A stretch of DNA of 62,571 nucleotides, counting the filler, from Choristocarpus tenellus KU-1152 (Eukaryota; Protista; Phaeophyceae): NCBI GenBank assembly GCA_964200185.2. It is 12 parts of 12 records of this genome, joined end to end, with 100 filler letters (N's around TTAATTAATTAA, not from the genome) between each part and the next. Parts side by side here need not be neighbours in the genome. Positions count along the whole stretch, not along the records: positions 1 to 4,672 come from CAXNAD020013525.1; positions 4,773 to 8,513 come from CAXNAD020018204.1; positions 8,614 to 13,659 come from CAXNAD020012055.1; 9 more parts are not named here. One strand, written 5' to 3'. The notes below the pieces were generated by a model that saw only the letters and a program-made list of their open reading frames with translations, had not been told where the DNA came from and did not search any database. The position numbers and the translations under genes were made by a program. Shown one piece after another: positions 1 to 13,759 of the stretch (within the stretch, counting starts at the first letter, position 1; each line of letters opens with the position of its first letter).

Positions 1-2658
1 CCCCTCCCAGATACTTTGGGTCAGTGGAGTCTTTTTGTTCAGGGTTATCTGTTTTGACCTGATGACATCTGATTAAGCTACGGATTCTTCCATGTGGTAC
101 CTGAGAACCTTGTTTTCGTATTCAAAGCTGTTCATTAGTGTGATACTGCACGTGGGTGTCACAATTGGGGTTCTGAGGATTTCATGACAAGCTGGATCGT
201 GGTGAAGCAAAAGCCTGCCCTCATCACGATCCATCGACTCTTGAGTGGTGTGTTAAGAAAGATCAGGATTCTGGTGTTCCATAGGTATACTTTCATCTAC
301 AGGAGGATTCTCGCTGTTCCATATTGGCACCTTGAAATGATTTTTTTTTTTGGTGTTGTCTGTTGAGTTGGGAATAATCTCAACCTGGTGGCATTCAAAG
401 AAGCAACGAATTGTTCCATATGGTAGCTGTACGCGGACCCTATACAGCAGCATCCCCTTGTCTCAGATTTGCACATGTTGAGACCGCTTATGAGATACAA
501 GTGACCCCTCACAAAGGTATCAGGTATCACAATTTATTTGGGTTTTGAGGACTTCACAGTGGGCTGGATCATGGGGAAGTGCAAGCTTGGAAAGAATGTG
601 TGGAAGGGGGTGAATGCCTGAGAGGGGAAGGAAGACGAAGTTGAGCTGTTAACCTCAAGTGAACCTTCCAAATTTGCCTGGATGAAGTAGAAGTTGGAGC
701 TGAAGACAACTGCGGAGGATGAAGAGAGTGAGCTGAGGAGAACCTCATTTCTCCCCCTCGAAGTGAGGATGTAGAATAGAATGATGAAGATCATGAAGAG
801 CAATGTGGATGAACAAGAGGTGGATGAAGACATGGCAGCCCGTGTACAGATGTTTAAAGAAATGAGCCTGTATGGCCTCAAAACAATCGATTCTTCAGTT
901 CTTTGGTGAACCAAACATCAACGAACATCAAGGCCTGGAAGGTCAGTCCCACACAATAACATACAGGGATATTATTATTTTTTGTCTGCCATGAGCAGAA
1001 TGCGCCAGTATCTGTGCTCTCTTTGCTTTTCATGACTTTTGTCCAAAATTCCTCGAAAATATTTGCACCTATCCAAACAGTAAATAATGTATTTTCTAAT
1101 CCTGTGTCGAAGAGTATCACCTATTATGCCCTCACAAGTGTGTTAACACACTTTGCCGTTATATGCTTTCTCACAGTGAAACCTTCGAGACTCAATTTCC
1201 TGGCTCAATCTTAATAACCAGATGCCTCTTTCCCTCAGCTTTCACCTCGCACACTTTTCTAGTCCGATTTGAGCAAAAAATACATTTTGGTCATCATGGA
1301 CATATTAGTTCCTCCTGCAATAGGTATACTCCAGAATTTGGTAGTGAAATTTGTAGAGTCGTTGTATATGTAAACAATGTAAGAGGCAGGAAAAGGGTGA
1401 GAAGGAAAACATGCAAATCCAGAATAAGTAGTGGTGCTGAAATAATGAGGAAGTTCATAAAAGGGGCCATAGTCAGGTGGCAAACGAAGAAGAGGTTGAG
1501 TCTTCGTTGATAGCATCATTGATACTTTTGACAAAAAAAAAGTTTAACCTGTTCACTTACAGCGACGATACTTGGTGTGTGTGTTAGTGTGCCTTTGCAG
1601 CGTGCTGGTTGTTTTTTGATGTATTTTTCGCGTAGAAAGTAATGTGAGTATTGATCACGCAGTGGCACTTGTCGCTTTGATTCTGAGTTTGTACTTAGAC
1701 TGGAGGAAGTTACACATCATGGATGCAACCAAAAAGTAAACCAATTATCAACACCATTCACGTGACAATAGACACCACCCAGTCTAGTCCCATACCAACA
1801 ACCATGTACGAGCATTGTGGTTGAACTCTCATTTCAATATTGGGGAAGCGAGAAAACCCCTCCCTCGTAACTGCCAAGTATGCATAGTTCATCGCAAAAT
1901 CGGGTGGTTGTGGCCAGATCCTGGTCTCAAACCCAGACATTCATCACAATACAAGAAACCATAAACAAATGAAAACAATGGAAGACTTCAAATAAATAGA
2001 ATTATATTTTGAAGGCCCCTGCAGTAGTAGTAGAAGAGAGCAGAACCTAAATCCCCTGGTATATTTGCATCAAACTTGATTCACCATACATATTTTAGTC
2101 GTGTTGTTCATTTCAACAGCTAGGTATTGTCTTTGTGTCTACCGTGACATTCTGTGCAAGTATCATTATTAGTGAAGGAGCAAAATAAGTGCAATTAATT
2201 CTTTTTGTCGCTGCCTCCATTGGCATGCCCATCATATCATCATACACAACATGACAACCATGTTGATGAGAGACGATTCACTGTTGAAGAGAGGTAGGGA
2301 ATAATAGGTTAGGGATGAATGCAACATACCCACTATAACATGGATATCGATTTTCTAGATCAAGTATTTCACAACTACAAAAAATAGGCTACAGAACACA
2401 CACAGTTTCAGAGTGTGCCCTCATCATCAGGTGAAACAAAAAGCTGTGTCTATTGCTTCAAAGCAGAAACTAGAAGAAAATGGTTGTGGATCACTACTTG
2501 CTCCAAGAGATGAACGGTATGGGCACTGTCGTTACAGAAAAACCGTCCCGGAAGACTAAATTGAATATAGCAAAAAAAAAGACAACTGCCACCACTACCT
2601 ACTAAGCAGACAATCGCATACGACACAGAGTGCATCACTACCACCGCTACTTTATCTA

Positions 2659-2905
2659 GAGCCAAAGCATTTAGAAGGGTAGGATCATGCCCGTTCGGGG
2701 TCATAAATCCAATGTTGCGATTTTGATGAATTTTGGCTATTGTGTTTGTTAACAAGCGTTAATATCCTTGCGTCGGACACACCTTTCATAGTCGTATACA
2801 TTTTAGGAAACTGTGTTCACACAGAAAACCGAAAAAGGGCATAAAAAACCCGTGGAAGCCAAGCCCCAAACAGACAAACAGGATAAAACTCCTACCCTCT
2901 TAAAT
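2659..2905 (+). mobile_element. MITE family B, degenerate copy
   Basis: Aligns by eye with 20301-20558 (aatccaatgttgcgattttgatg...aagccccaaacagacaaacagg); termini eroded. Confidence 0.75.
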
Positions 2906-2980
2906 GCTATGGGTCCTATCTCAAGTAGTTTGAACATTTTGCGAACTAATCAACACACTGAGAGACCACAAAAAGGAATT

Positions 2981-3165
2981 GGCTCAAAGTATCTGGGGGG
3001 GTGGGTGGCAGCTGTCCATTCGGGGCCCATTTTTCCATGTCGCGATCTTTTTGGTTATTTGGTTGCATGCGTCGGATGGATAATGTACGTGCACTTCTCC
3101 TGGTCAAGGCCCAAATGCACACCCTGGTCTAGACCCCCCCCTTCCCCCACCAGATACTTTGAGCC
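2981..3165 (+). mobile_element. MITE family A, full-length copy (185 bp), PIF/Harbinger-like
   Basis: Perfect 16-bp TIR GGCTCAAAGTATCTGG...CCAGATACTTTGAGCC; 3-bp TSD ATT at 2978-2980 and 3166-3168; no coding capacity. Other copies or fragments at 1-22, 4630-4672, 4773-4877, 20991-21160, 26200-26362, 38126-38229, 39402-39573, 56059-56080, 62495-62530. Confidence 0.9.
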
Positions 3166-5010
3166 ATTGCTTTGTTGCTGTCCATACCATCCTAACACAA
3201 ACCTCAACAAGACAACAGATGATTCTCAAAATGCCACAAAAGAACGCTGTTCATGCAAGGAGGCACTGGAAAAGGGGTGTGAGCTTCTTTGGGATACAGA
3301 GAAACAATAATCCTCCATGTTGCCTGTTGTATGTTGTACAGATATAGCAACCATGATCCTGCATCTAGATGATAGCCTTCCCTCCTTGAGATTTCACTGC
3401 TTCTCATGCAACGTGTGATCCTCGGTCTCTTTCTTTAAGGACATACTTTTGTTACAACTTGTGCTCCAAACAAAACGTTAGTCCGCGCTGTTCAACAGAG
3501 GATGGAAAGGAGGTGAATGCAATCTTCCCTGCACTCCTTGGGTATCATTGCCGTAGTGACGACCATTACTCTGCTTCTGCTACTATCCAATACACTTGAA
3601 TCCGGTAGACAGATCTGATGAGGTTAGAACTAACGCACTGCATGTGATTCAGATAGTTTTTTGTAAGAAAGGTAGATACCTTTAGTTTTGAGCTTACTGA
3701 TATTTATAATACTACCATCTTTCTTTAATTTATTAGGTACATACCAAGAACGAAAAGTGTCGTAATATATATTGATGGCTAAGTAATCGGGGTTTCCATT
3801 ATCATTTGTGATGATATTGTGTGCAGTCAAAGACAGCATGACGCATCGGAAAAATAAATCCAAATAATAATAATAATATTTGTTTGCTTCAAGCTATGCA
3901 CCTCCATATTTGATACATAGCATATAGCGATGAGAATACTATTGATGCGTCATTATCTGTCTGCTCTATTTCTTCCGATAAAAAAATATGTACTCCAAAG
4001 TACTCTCGTAGGAGGCTCTCCCTTGAACAAAAAAAGAGTGCGTTCAAAACTCACGAGAAATTTAATTATCCATGGGCTTGAACACACCACTTTCCTTTCT
4101 ATTGCCATTGATGCCACTCACACACACACACACACACACACGGGTGTTTTTCATATTTCTTGGCCATCCATCTGTGTACTACTCCCTCCTCAAATCGATT
4201 GTGAACTGTGTGGTACAAACCTTGGTACACTCTCATACTCCTTTTTCTTGCCCAAACGTCGCAGGTACAGTGACAACTCATGAGGTCTGTAGTCGTCCCC
4301 AAGTGCCTGTGACATGATATGGCAGGCCTGCAATGAATATCCCGCAAAACCCACAAAAAGGAGGCGCCAAATTGGAGATTAGATCGTCAACAGAAGCCAA
4401 TAGAAAGGGGGAACAAGATCAGAACAGAACAGAACAGAACAAGGGAGATTTATTTCGTGAGTGAAGATGCCTCTTCATTTGTCTCTTCAATTCCCGATGA
4501 ATAGAAGATCTTTTCTCACTACTACATACTACACAGTATGAGTCACCCCAGTACAACCACACCAATGCAATGATGAGATTTGGAAATGCTGTAGAGGCAG
4601 CACGCTTTGAAGGACAGTATGCGGTTCTAGGCTCAAAGTATCTGGGAGGGGGTGGCGGCTGTCCATTTTGGGNNNNNNNNNNNNNNNNNNNNNNNNNNNN
4701 NNNNNNNNNNNNNNNNTTAATTAATTAANNNNNNNNNNNNNNNNNNNNNNNNNNNNNNNNNNNNNNNNNNNNGTTCCATACATTGGATGAACCATGAAAG
4801 GGCGCTTTTCCTGTTTTTGGTCCAAATGGACACTCTGGTGTAGCCCCCCCCCCCCCCCCCCCAAGATACTTTGAGTCTGGTGTCTTTAGGATCTTGTGTT
4901 TTTATCACCACCACAGCAGCACGGCATGTGACCCATAGCACCTGTGTTACATTTGATTCCTGTGCAAAACCTATCTGAACCTGCCTTCTTGAGCGTCTTC
5001 CCATGCATAG

Positions 5011-5604
5011 GAAACCGTCTCTGAAGTCTGTATTTTGTCAAAAGCAGGTGGTAAAGGCACGAGACTCTAGACCAGACTTTCAGTCGGAGCTGCTGACCTT
5101 TGACATTGTAGACCCTGACGACCTTGTACTTGCGGGGGATGTGGGTATGTTGGTGGAACTTTGGGAAGAAACAGCGTGGACAAATGATCTGCTAGCCTCA
5201 GTGGAGTTGTCTGCAGTCAGGTGCATTGACGGGTGGATCTAAGTATAGATTGTGCAATGTAGCACTTAGGAGATACAAATTTGTTATTTTATTATTGTTG
5301 TTATCATTACTACTATTGAGCCAACGTATCTTAGAGGGTAGAGCCGCGTCCATTTGGGGGTTACAATCCAATGTTGCGATTTTGATGTAATTTTGGCTAT
5401 CGTTTTTGTTAGGAAGTGTCAATATCCCTTGTTGCGGACACACCTTTTCATAACGTGCACATTTTACCTACTCCGAAATATTTTGGAGTTGGAAAATGTC
5501 AGAAAAAAACCCTTTGGAAGTCAATCCCCAAACGGACAAACAGGGCAAAACTCGTACCCTAACCCTAAGACACTTTCACTCACTAAAATTGCTACTACTA
5601 CTAT

Positions 5605-5635
<31 letters not shown>

Positions 5636-5960
5636 TGATATTTTGTGCGTAGTGTTTTACGCCTTCCATCTCAAAGACTAGAGAAATGTATGCAAGTATT
5701 TTTTGCCCTCTTCTCACCCTCCTCCTCACAGGCCTCAACCGCCCCAAAGTCATAGGTAGGGTGTTGTGTGATTCTGTGCGTGAATGCTTCCTCTACCTTC
5801 AGTGCATGCTTTTCTCTGAAGGCGAACTCTGGATCCTGTGAATCAACAACCCCTCCGTTGGCAATTCCACAGACTGTTAAAACCTGATGGCAAGCCGACA
5901 ATGGAGTATTTACCAATGGAAAGTCCAAGCGGATATATAGAGGACCGCATGAAAGTTCAG
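5011..5960 (+). CDS. Internal exons of a C2-domain-like protein (5011-5220, microexon 5732-5755, 5822-5960); partial gene
   Basis: AG/GT-bounded, phase-compatible exons giving KQVVKARDSRPDFQSELLTFDIVDPDDL...MLVELWEETAWTNDLLASVELSAVR-PQPPQSHR-RTLDPVNQQPLRWQFHRLLKPDG...; the VVK..PxF.E.LTF...VELW....NDLL pattern is C2-like. Confidence 0.6.
5318..5581 (+). mobile_element. MITE family B copy inside an intron, in an (ACT)n tract
   Basis: GAGCCAACGTATCTTAGAGGGTA...CCCTAAGACACTTTCACTC termini; internal sequence matches 20301-20558. Confidence 0.85.
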
Positions 5961-7442
5961 GTAAGAGTAAGAGATCGCTTCAGACGTTTTAGGTTTTTTG
6001 AACTATGTGTGTAGTGCATCCTTTTAATCCGGAATATGCAATAGGTACTAGCAGTAGGTGGATGCTTGGTTATTCCTTTGCCCGGATGGAGTAGTGAGTG
6101 TTGATGGAGTAGTGAGTGTTCACGTTCTCTTGCCTAATTCTACTAGTACCTGCAGCCATGGAACCTATAATGGTCATGTTTCTTGTGGTACATTCCAGCA
6201 CTACATATTGATAAGTGGAACAGTATCATTGAGGGATGTGATCACTAATTTCTGACAGATAAGGAAAGGCAAGTCAGCCGTTGGTTCAAACTGAAAGTGT
6301 GGTGTCTCAAACTCCTCGTGTCCATTGGGAGGGGATAACACACACACAACACACCTGCATTGAAACTTCTGGTGTACCACCACCATTGGGAGCAGGGGAT
6401 TAGCCAAACAAACTCAAGAGTTGCCTGAGAAAGATGACAGTTGCATGGGGAAATACTTGAGGATTGTTTGTTGTAGAAGCATGCCAATAACACCTGGCCT
6501 GGGTGCCGTGGTAGAAAGAGGCTGGACCTACGAATACTTTCAAGAATTTGTTAGAGGTGAAGGGACTCAAAGAGAGTGAGTCAAAAGCTTGTCAAACCAT
6601 CAAACCAGTCAACCCCGATTCCATGGGAAGTGCAAACTTAGTACCATGACATTCACTGCCGTATTTGGATGGTATCTAGATCTGAGCTCATATATCTCGG
6701 AAAGGATGCTATGCTGGAAATTAATCTAAGATTACTCTTGTAGTTACACATGGAAGTGGGGGTCACGACTAGCCATTCCAGTGGACAATTTATACTCTTA
6801 TGCTATTCATAATTAAGCCTGTTCCTAACAGCAGAAGATCAGAACCACCTGTTTCTTTGTCGTCCAATGGACAAAAAGGTCCCATAGATGAGAGGGCGAT
6901 TCGAACTGTCTTGATTCAAACACCTGATTCTTCTTGGTATCTAACAACATCCCTAAAGGTGACAGTAAAATGCTCTACCACTGTTAAGAAAGGACATTGT
7001 TCCATCCATCCAACCCCCTTGATACTGCTTTCCTTTGAGTGGAAATTATATGTGATACTGACTCTAACCATGGCATCAACCAATGACCTAGTCATTGCCT
7101 TGTTGATGCTCTCGCTCCTAAACAGCTGGAGTTCAAGTTTGAACCAGCACTTGTGGGAATGTTCTGCCTCACCCTTTATGAGGGAAGGGATCTAGGGTTG
7201 GGAGATGTGTCCATGAAACCCAATCCCTACATTCTGGCACGCCTAGGTGATATGTGAGTGCATCGTGCTCCAGTTGGCATGCCAGGGCATCTCCGACTGC
7301 ACTCATTTTCAGAACTCAAGCTCTTTGGCACTTCGAGATAACCAAGAATACATGAGATGCTGTTGAATCACTAGTCATAGCAAAAATTCTTGACTCTATG
7401 GCATGATGGGAAACTGGATGTTTTTGAGATATGCAACAATAA

Positions 7443-7658
7443 TAAGTTGTGCTAAGATGTACAAAGAACAATAACAAAATGTTAAATCCTAGCGATATTG
7501 CCTTGAAGTACAACTAAGTTGTGCTAAGATGTATAAAGAACAATAACAAAATGTTAAATCCTAGTGATTCTACCTTCAAGTACAACTAAGTTGTGCTAAG
7601 ATGTATAAAATACAATAACAAAATGTTAAATCCTAGTGATTCTACCTTCAAGTACAAC
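7443..7658. repeat. 72-bp tandem repeat, 3 copies
   Basis: TAAGTTGTGCTAAGATGTA...TACAAC starts at 7443, 7515, 7587. Confidence 0.9.
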
Positions 7659-8749
7659 TGAGGGGAGATGGGAGGTTGTGGGGGCAATGTGCGATGTGGT
7701 GAAGTCGAAGTTCTCACAGTGGAAAGATACCTTTTTTGAAATATACCTTTTTTGAAATATACCTTTTTTGTAAGTCCCCCTAGGAAAGTGTCCCTGTGAT
7801 AAGGGCAGGTCAAAATATTGTCCGCTGGCAGCCCAAAGGCAACATTGCTGAACAATGAGAAGTCATGTATTAAGGGTGTGTGCACACCCTGCAAGGTCCA
7901 CTAAGAAGCCCAATCAATCAGCAATGTTCAAAAGTCTTTTTTGAACCAATCAGCATGTTAATGTAGCATGAAAAATACTCAGCTCAAACAAAGTTTCAGG
8001 GTGTTTCGGCCTCCCTGCATCTTGAAGATGCCCTCCACCTCAGAACTGTTCCTAGATTCATTGTTAGTCTCAATACTTCAAGGGTGTGTAAGTACATTGT
8101 ATGCTGACTAACAACCACTACTCTCCCTGTGCAGGCAACTAAGTTAGATCTGACCAGAAGCTTTGACCGTCACCATAGTTGCCGATCGTGTCAGTGATAT
8201 ATTGCACTGATGTTTTTGATATATTGTTTTGATATATTGTTTTGATATATTGCATCAACAAACCACGGCATCTTTACACCAACCTCTCCCAAACCCTAAC
8301 TCTAAGGTACCAAAAACGGGGACACACAATCAAGGGCGGAGGAAACACACCATACTTCAGAGGAGAAGAACTAGCAATGTGGATTGATAAGGAGAACTGG
8401 ATCAACGACCTACAAATACAGTGAGAAAAGAAGCCGGTTTTATTTGTGGTTACTTAAAATGGTTGGAACTTTCTTGGGATGCTTCTATGTGAGCCCCCTC
8501 CCCCCCTCCCCCCNNNNNNNNNNNNNNNNNNNNNNNNNNNNNNNNNNNNNNNNNNNNTTAATTAATTAANNNNNNNNNNNNNNNNNNNNNNNNNNNNNNN
8601 NNNNNNNNNNNNNCCCACGCGCGTATACTGCTCGCGCCAGTCAAAGCGCGGGAAGAAATACTCGCGCTACTCGCCTGTAACATATCCCCCATTTAAGAAA
8701 ACAGACCCATCAAATATGAGCTTTTCCCTGTGCATCATAGCCTTGACAC

Positions 8750-9850
8750 ACTCGCACCCAGTCTTCATAAGAGCATCTCTGTAGGGCAGGACATGGTCGG
8801 TGTGTTTCCGTTTGCGGAAACGTATGAAGTGGGGGGAAGGAGTTTGTAAAGGTTGAACATTTGAACCTTGAAGCTAAGTAAGGCCTCTGAGGTCCTGACA
8901 AAAATGACTTGGGTGTATTTGCGAAAACAGCTCCAAGCTTTCTGAATCCTCCAGCTGACGTAATAAGTAATACAAGCATCGTTAAAGATGGTCTCCCAAA
9001 CGCAAACAAACTAATTAGTTTGCTTGTAGGTCTGATCCACTGCCTAAATCTGCATGGTTTCAGCATCCTCATTAGGAGGGCAAAGGCAGAGTCTCAGTCT
9101 TCAATACCAAAACAAGACGGCCATTAGTCTGATACACACGGACGTGTAAGGACGCAAGCAAGACAAAGATAACGCATTTCCCCTCATGACCCAAAGTGCT
9201 TTTGGGACCCTTTCCCGCTTTGGAAAATGTGTTCGTAAGTGCAAGTCTGTTCATTCCTCCAAACATCAACAGCCAGTAGCCAATGTTTTCCAAACACATA
9301 TTGTCCATATGCCCCAAGAATCCTGTTATCGTGATCCCCTCCTTCCTTACCTCTATTTCCAGTGCAAGCTTTCGCATCCATCAGAATAAAGAGCTTATCC
9401 TCGGGGGAAGTAATCTGTACCACAATGTGCAACTTCTCTCAGAAAGCATCTTTGGCTGGATCTAAGGTCTCCTCTGTAGGGGCATATCCCACACCAAAGG
9501 TAACCCCAGTGGAATGCATGTCATCAGTAGCCAGACATTCATAATCCGTTCTTCAAGGTACTCTACTTCATGTACGACCTGTTGTATATTTGGTTCCTTC
9601 ACTGCAAACACACTCTATGTTCACCATTATCCTTTCCCTCACTGAAGAAAACCTTGTACTCGGACTCAACAGCTCAAGAAAAGAAATCCCACCACTTCTT
9701 GTGTCATCGAGACTAATCAAATTGCATCCACAAACTCGGACCTGTCACACCGAGACCGTCGCACGACTCACTCCGTTCTTGCCTTTTACAGCTATGGTTT
9801 CAACATTTCACGTACCCGGAGTCAGTTCTCTGTTCCAGGATTCCTGCCAC
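8750..9850 (-). mobile_element. Degenerate RTE-type LINE, AP-endonuclease region
   Basis: Minus-strand motifs GT*NVETIAVKGKNG, VGYAPTE..AKDAF*EKL, LFILMDAKACTG (cf. DANARTG), ILGAYG, LALTNTF; many stops and frameshifts. Confidence 0.75.
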
Positions 9851-10479
9851 CTCACAGTAGATGGTGTACATGGGGCGGGACGATATTCTCTTTCGAAAAT
9901 CTGATATTATCTCTTCCTCGCTATATGAATACCACCCTCGTATGTACCTTGCTTCACGTATGATTGTTCGACGTCAGGAAATCATGTTGGCACATTTCCC
10001 CTGTGATGGTATAACGCCGACAGGGACCTGTAAGTCTAAGGCGTTTCCAGTTTTTCACCATCCTCTCCCCAAACCCCTACATACCATCATCCACCATAGT
10101 GTATATAATATGGTGAAGGACTTGTTCTATGGAGTTTTTTGGTGTCCACTTCCTTCACTTGTTGAATAATAGAATCAATTCAGATCGGAAAAAGTATCGA
10201 CTAATCAACTTGAACCAACCAATATTTTTTTCCCGAAAATGTCCGTTCTAAATATTTGTACAACAATAACTAATTACATTAGTTCCACCTTCCACAATCT
10301 CTATAGTATATATTTTCTGTGAAGAAAATCTGACCTTGATTAGTAGTACAAAGTTCAAACCTGGGCATTCCCGTAACGGATTGTGGTACACAGTTTGTAC
10401 CATATTCACAAGCCCCACCTTGGTTGGCCTACTAGATAATCTTTGGTTTTTTTAAACTAACGGCGTGCTTAACTATCAG

Positions 10480-10822
10480 ATTCAGAGGACTTGGGTGTGC
10501 GGTGAATAGAGACGTGGTAAAGGCGGTCATGTACCCGGTGAAGAACCTCTTCGGCAGGGCTGTCGAGGGCAGGAGGGATCCAAGGGAGGGAAAGGATTGC
10601 CCTTGCCGAGGAGGGTGCAAAGCTAGTCGTCCTGAGAGACCTGGTGTGCGGCAGCAATTGGGTAGGCTTTTCACACCTTTGATATTCGGGCAGGTAGCTT
10701 ATGCTGATGCCCCTGCTGGAAGCAGCGTGACTGGGGGGGTCGAAGGAACTGCAGAACTTCATCCCTTACCAGATATTGGAGATGAGGAAAAACCTGAGCT
10801 TATCAGACAGGCAGAAGAGGCG
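10480..10822 (+). CDS. Probable isolated internal coding exon of an unknown protein
   Basis: CAG acceptor, open frame FRGLGCAVNRDVVKAVMYPVKNLFG...DEEKPELIRQAEEA, strong GTGAGT donor at 10823; GC-rich relative to flanks. Confidence 0.45.
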
Positions 10823-13105
10823 GTGAGTTTTTCCTTGATTGGTCCTCTCGGTACCTTGTTCCACCTGAATAGTAGGACTTGTGTCAGGGTCTTGAGGATC
10901 GATCCTTCCTATCCTTTCCACTTGAGGGTTATTTTACTGTGTGCGGGTATCGAAAAAACAAGTGAGACAATAGCAAGAGCATTCCACCTCACACCCACAC
11001 TCGCAATTCTTTGCAATCGCTGCCTCGCAGTTTTAATTGAGAACATAGGAGTAATTTCCCTCAAATTAGTGAGAGCAATCGATCGCATCGAACTTTTTAT
11101 TTCCTTGCCAATATTGTGGCAGCACGCAATGCGTTTGAAAAGAGGCAAAAATGATAGCCTGTGGACAATAGAGTCGATGTTTGATGGGTACTGTATGGTA
11201 GGTATCGGTTTATGTGCTCTCAGCTGCATGTGTTTGAGTGCACGGCGTGACAAACCTCGATCACCCTCTTGAAAGTCTCATGTCTTTGTTTCAGTGCATT
11301 GCCATGGGCATAGGATGGCAAAAATTCACATGTGGTTTGATTATATTCCAAGGAAATGGATCGGACGGGCATGGCTTGTTGGATTGGATAGCCATACAAG
11401 TCATCATTGCTCTGTGTACCAAGCTCCAGATATTGATGTAATCGGCCTGGGCACTCTTCAAGGTTCCTGGGACGTGAATTAGTATCTGACAACCCCATGC
11501 CTTGCGGTGCAAAACGAGGACGAGGAACATGGACTGATTCCTCGTAGCCACGATTTTTTGTTATCATCGAAGTTGTATGGGCACATGAAAGGAAAACGAG
11601 GGACATTAGCTGCGCCTGTGTAAATGATTTTTAATTAAATGAGGAAATATTTTGACATTCTTGCCTTGTTTTGATATTAAGTTCCTGTTTTTCACGCCTG
11701 ATTATGACAGTCTTCTAGTATGACTCGAAAAGCACCCCAGAAGAAGAAGTGTCGAGGGGAGGAACAATTCTTAGGTTAATAAATTTTCGTTTCGCAGTAA
11801 CCCCACTCCAAGTCTGAGAAATTTTCTCAGAATGAGGCGTCGTTCTTGGGGACTTTATTATCACTCAATGAACCGTCTCATTGACTTTTTCACCTTCTCT
11901 ACCACACCTCAAGAGAACAGTGCATGTTCAAAAAATGTCATGGATGTATTTGGTTTGGACTGCAATTGTGATACAGACTTTCCCGCCTGGGTGCTGTCAG
12001 CTCTTTTGTTCAATCTATGACGTACTCTCAATGGCCTGATTCCTTTGGTATTCGCTATTGTCTGAGAAGCTCGACAATTCTGATTGGGGCATTTGCGTGG
12101 ACATAGCACATGTATCATGTATGGAGTGTCACGTATTGATGTGCGTTAAGAATGAATTGCTAGAGAGTTATATGGAACAGTGCTCGGTTGCGACCAGCAA
12201 GCATGATAGTGGTCCTACCACTTAAACTCCTTCGTCGCCATTGCGCTTGGGTCATTCCAAACTCTGCAAATCATTCGAGTAGGTTGTGCATTATGTTGCA
12301 GATGCAAATGCCACAGGAGTTGGGGGTTATAGAAAGTATTCGTGGCACAAAACATGGAGAGTTTGTTGTTGTTGTTGTTGTTGTTTTGCAAGGACGCTGT
12401 GATTCTGTTGTGACAGCATCCCATTGAATTTTCAACGGTTGTTTCTACTGTGAAGATGATGATATGGGCGGAGGGGGGTAAAGGGGGTCCGTTAAGAGAG
12501 TGTTCGGCACATTCCAAGTGAACTTGGGTTGAGGGAGCCTGCATATGGGGTGTACACATACATGATGCGGAGGGCAAGTTAAGGAGGTTTTGTGTCATAA
12601 TTATCTGGGCACGCTGTTGCTGTGTTTTTGTAATGTGCATAGGGTTAGAGTTGGGGCTTAAAGTTTTCTCATCCAATGAAACTGACAGGATCATGGCGGT
12701 GCTTATTTCGTTAGTGTCCTCCTCCTCTCCCCTGCAAATCACCCCGTTGCCCTTCCCCCCCACGATTCTCCTTGAATTCCTTCCAGGCCAAGGGAAAAAC
12801 AGAGGAGCTCCAACGACCAGCGCAGTTCTCGGAACAGGTGAGTTTGAGCTTTGGGTTGGTTGCATTTCTCAGTGTGGAAGCTCAGAGGTTAGGCTGGGAG
12901 TTGTCTTTGAAGCTGCGGGTTAAGGAGGGCCTTGTGAGACATGGTGTTGATGTGTACACCTAGCGGTATAGTAGTTCTCTTGGATTGAGTTGGGGGGGGT
13001 TAGGGTTCAAGCTTTTGTGGCCTATTTGCTATGAAGCTGAAGGGTCAGGGGCATTGTTGTTGGGGCAGGGGATAAGTGTTTTTGGTGTAAGGAGGACTGG
13101 TGCGG

Positions 13106-13253
13106 GTGTATTTATAGTGCATACTAGTGACTAAAATATACAGTGTATTTATAGTGTATACTAGTGACTAAAATATATAGTGTATTTATAGTGCATACTA
13201 GTGACTAAAATATAGTGTATTTATGGTGCATACTAGTGACTAAAATATATAGT
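13106..13253. repeat. 35-37-bp tandem repeat, 4 copies
   Basis: GTGTATTTATAGTGCATACTAGTGACTAAAATATA(CA/TA) repeated head to tail. Confidence 0.92.
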
Positions 13254-13759
13254 GGTTCATTTAGGGTCGGGGCTAGGACGAGGATGTTTTTTTTTTATTA
13301 GTTTTTTCATGCTAGTGTTCATTGTACCATCACTAGAATAACATCGGCTTTTTGTTGCATAGGGGTTGGTTTGTCACTGTATACTACTTTGTTTTGCGCA
13401 CACTGGTTGTTGCAAGGTGAGCCCAGTTTTGGTTGGTGTATGGTTTACGACAGTATGCAAGCAATTGTTGGCAGGGTGCAGACCATACCTTGTGTCATCG
13501 GGAAAAACATCAATGCTGCCATACCAGTGTCTGACACTCTGATATCCTCTTTTTCGATTACTTGAAATCAGGGGTGCATCAAATCAAGCTGGCAGCCTAT
13601 TCCCCCCCCCCCCCCCCGCCCCCAAGCAAATTTTCTTTTGTTTCACTGTTGAGAGTAAGNNNNNNNNNNNNNNNNNNNNNNNNNNNNNNNNNNNNNNNNN
13701 NNNTTAATTAATTAANNNNNNNNNNNNNNNNNNNNNNNNNNNNNNNNNNNNNNNNNNNN

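Noticed and set aside
200-1530. Decayed transposase or retroelement-like coding sequence
   Set aside because: No diagnostic motif could be read with confidence.
4717-4728. TTAATTAATTAA palindrome recurring 11 times
   Set aside because: Always centred in N runs; an artificial contig spacer.
8614-8700. Possible polypurine tract plus LTR start (AAATGGGGGATA-TGTTACA, minus strand)
   Set aside because: Truncated by the contig end, no partner LTR, and the adjacent coding relic is LINE-type.
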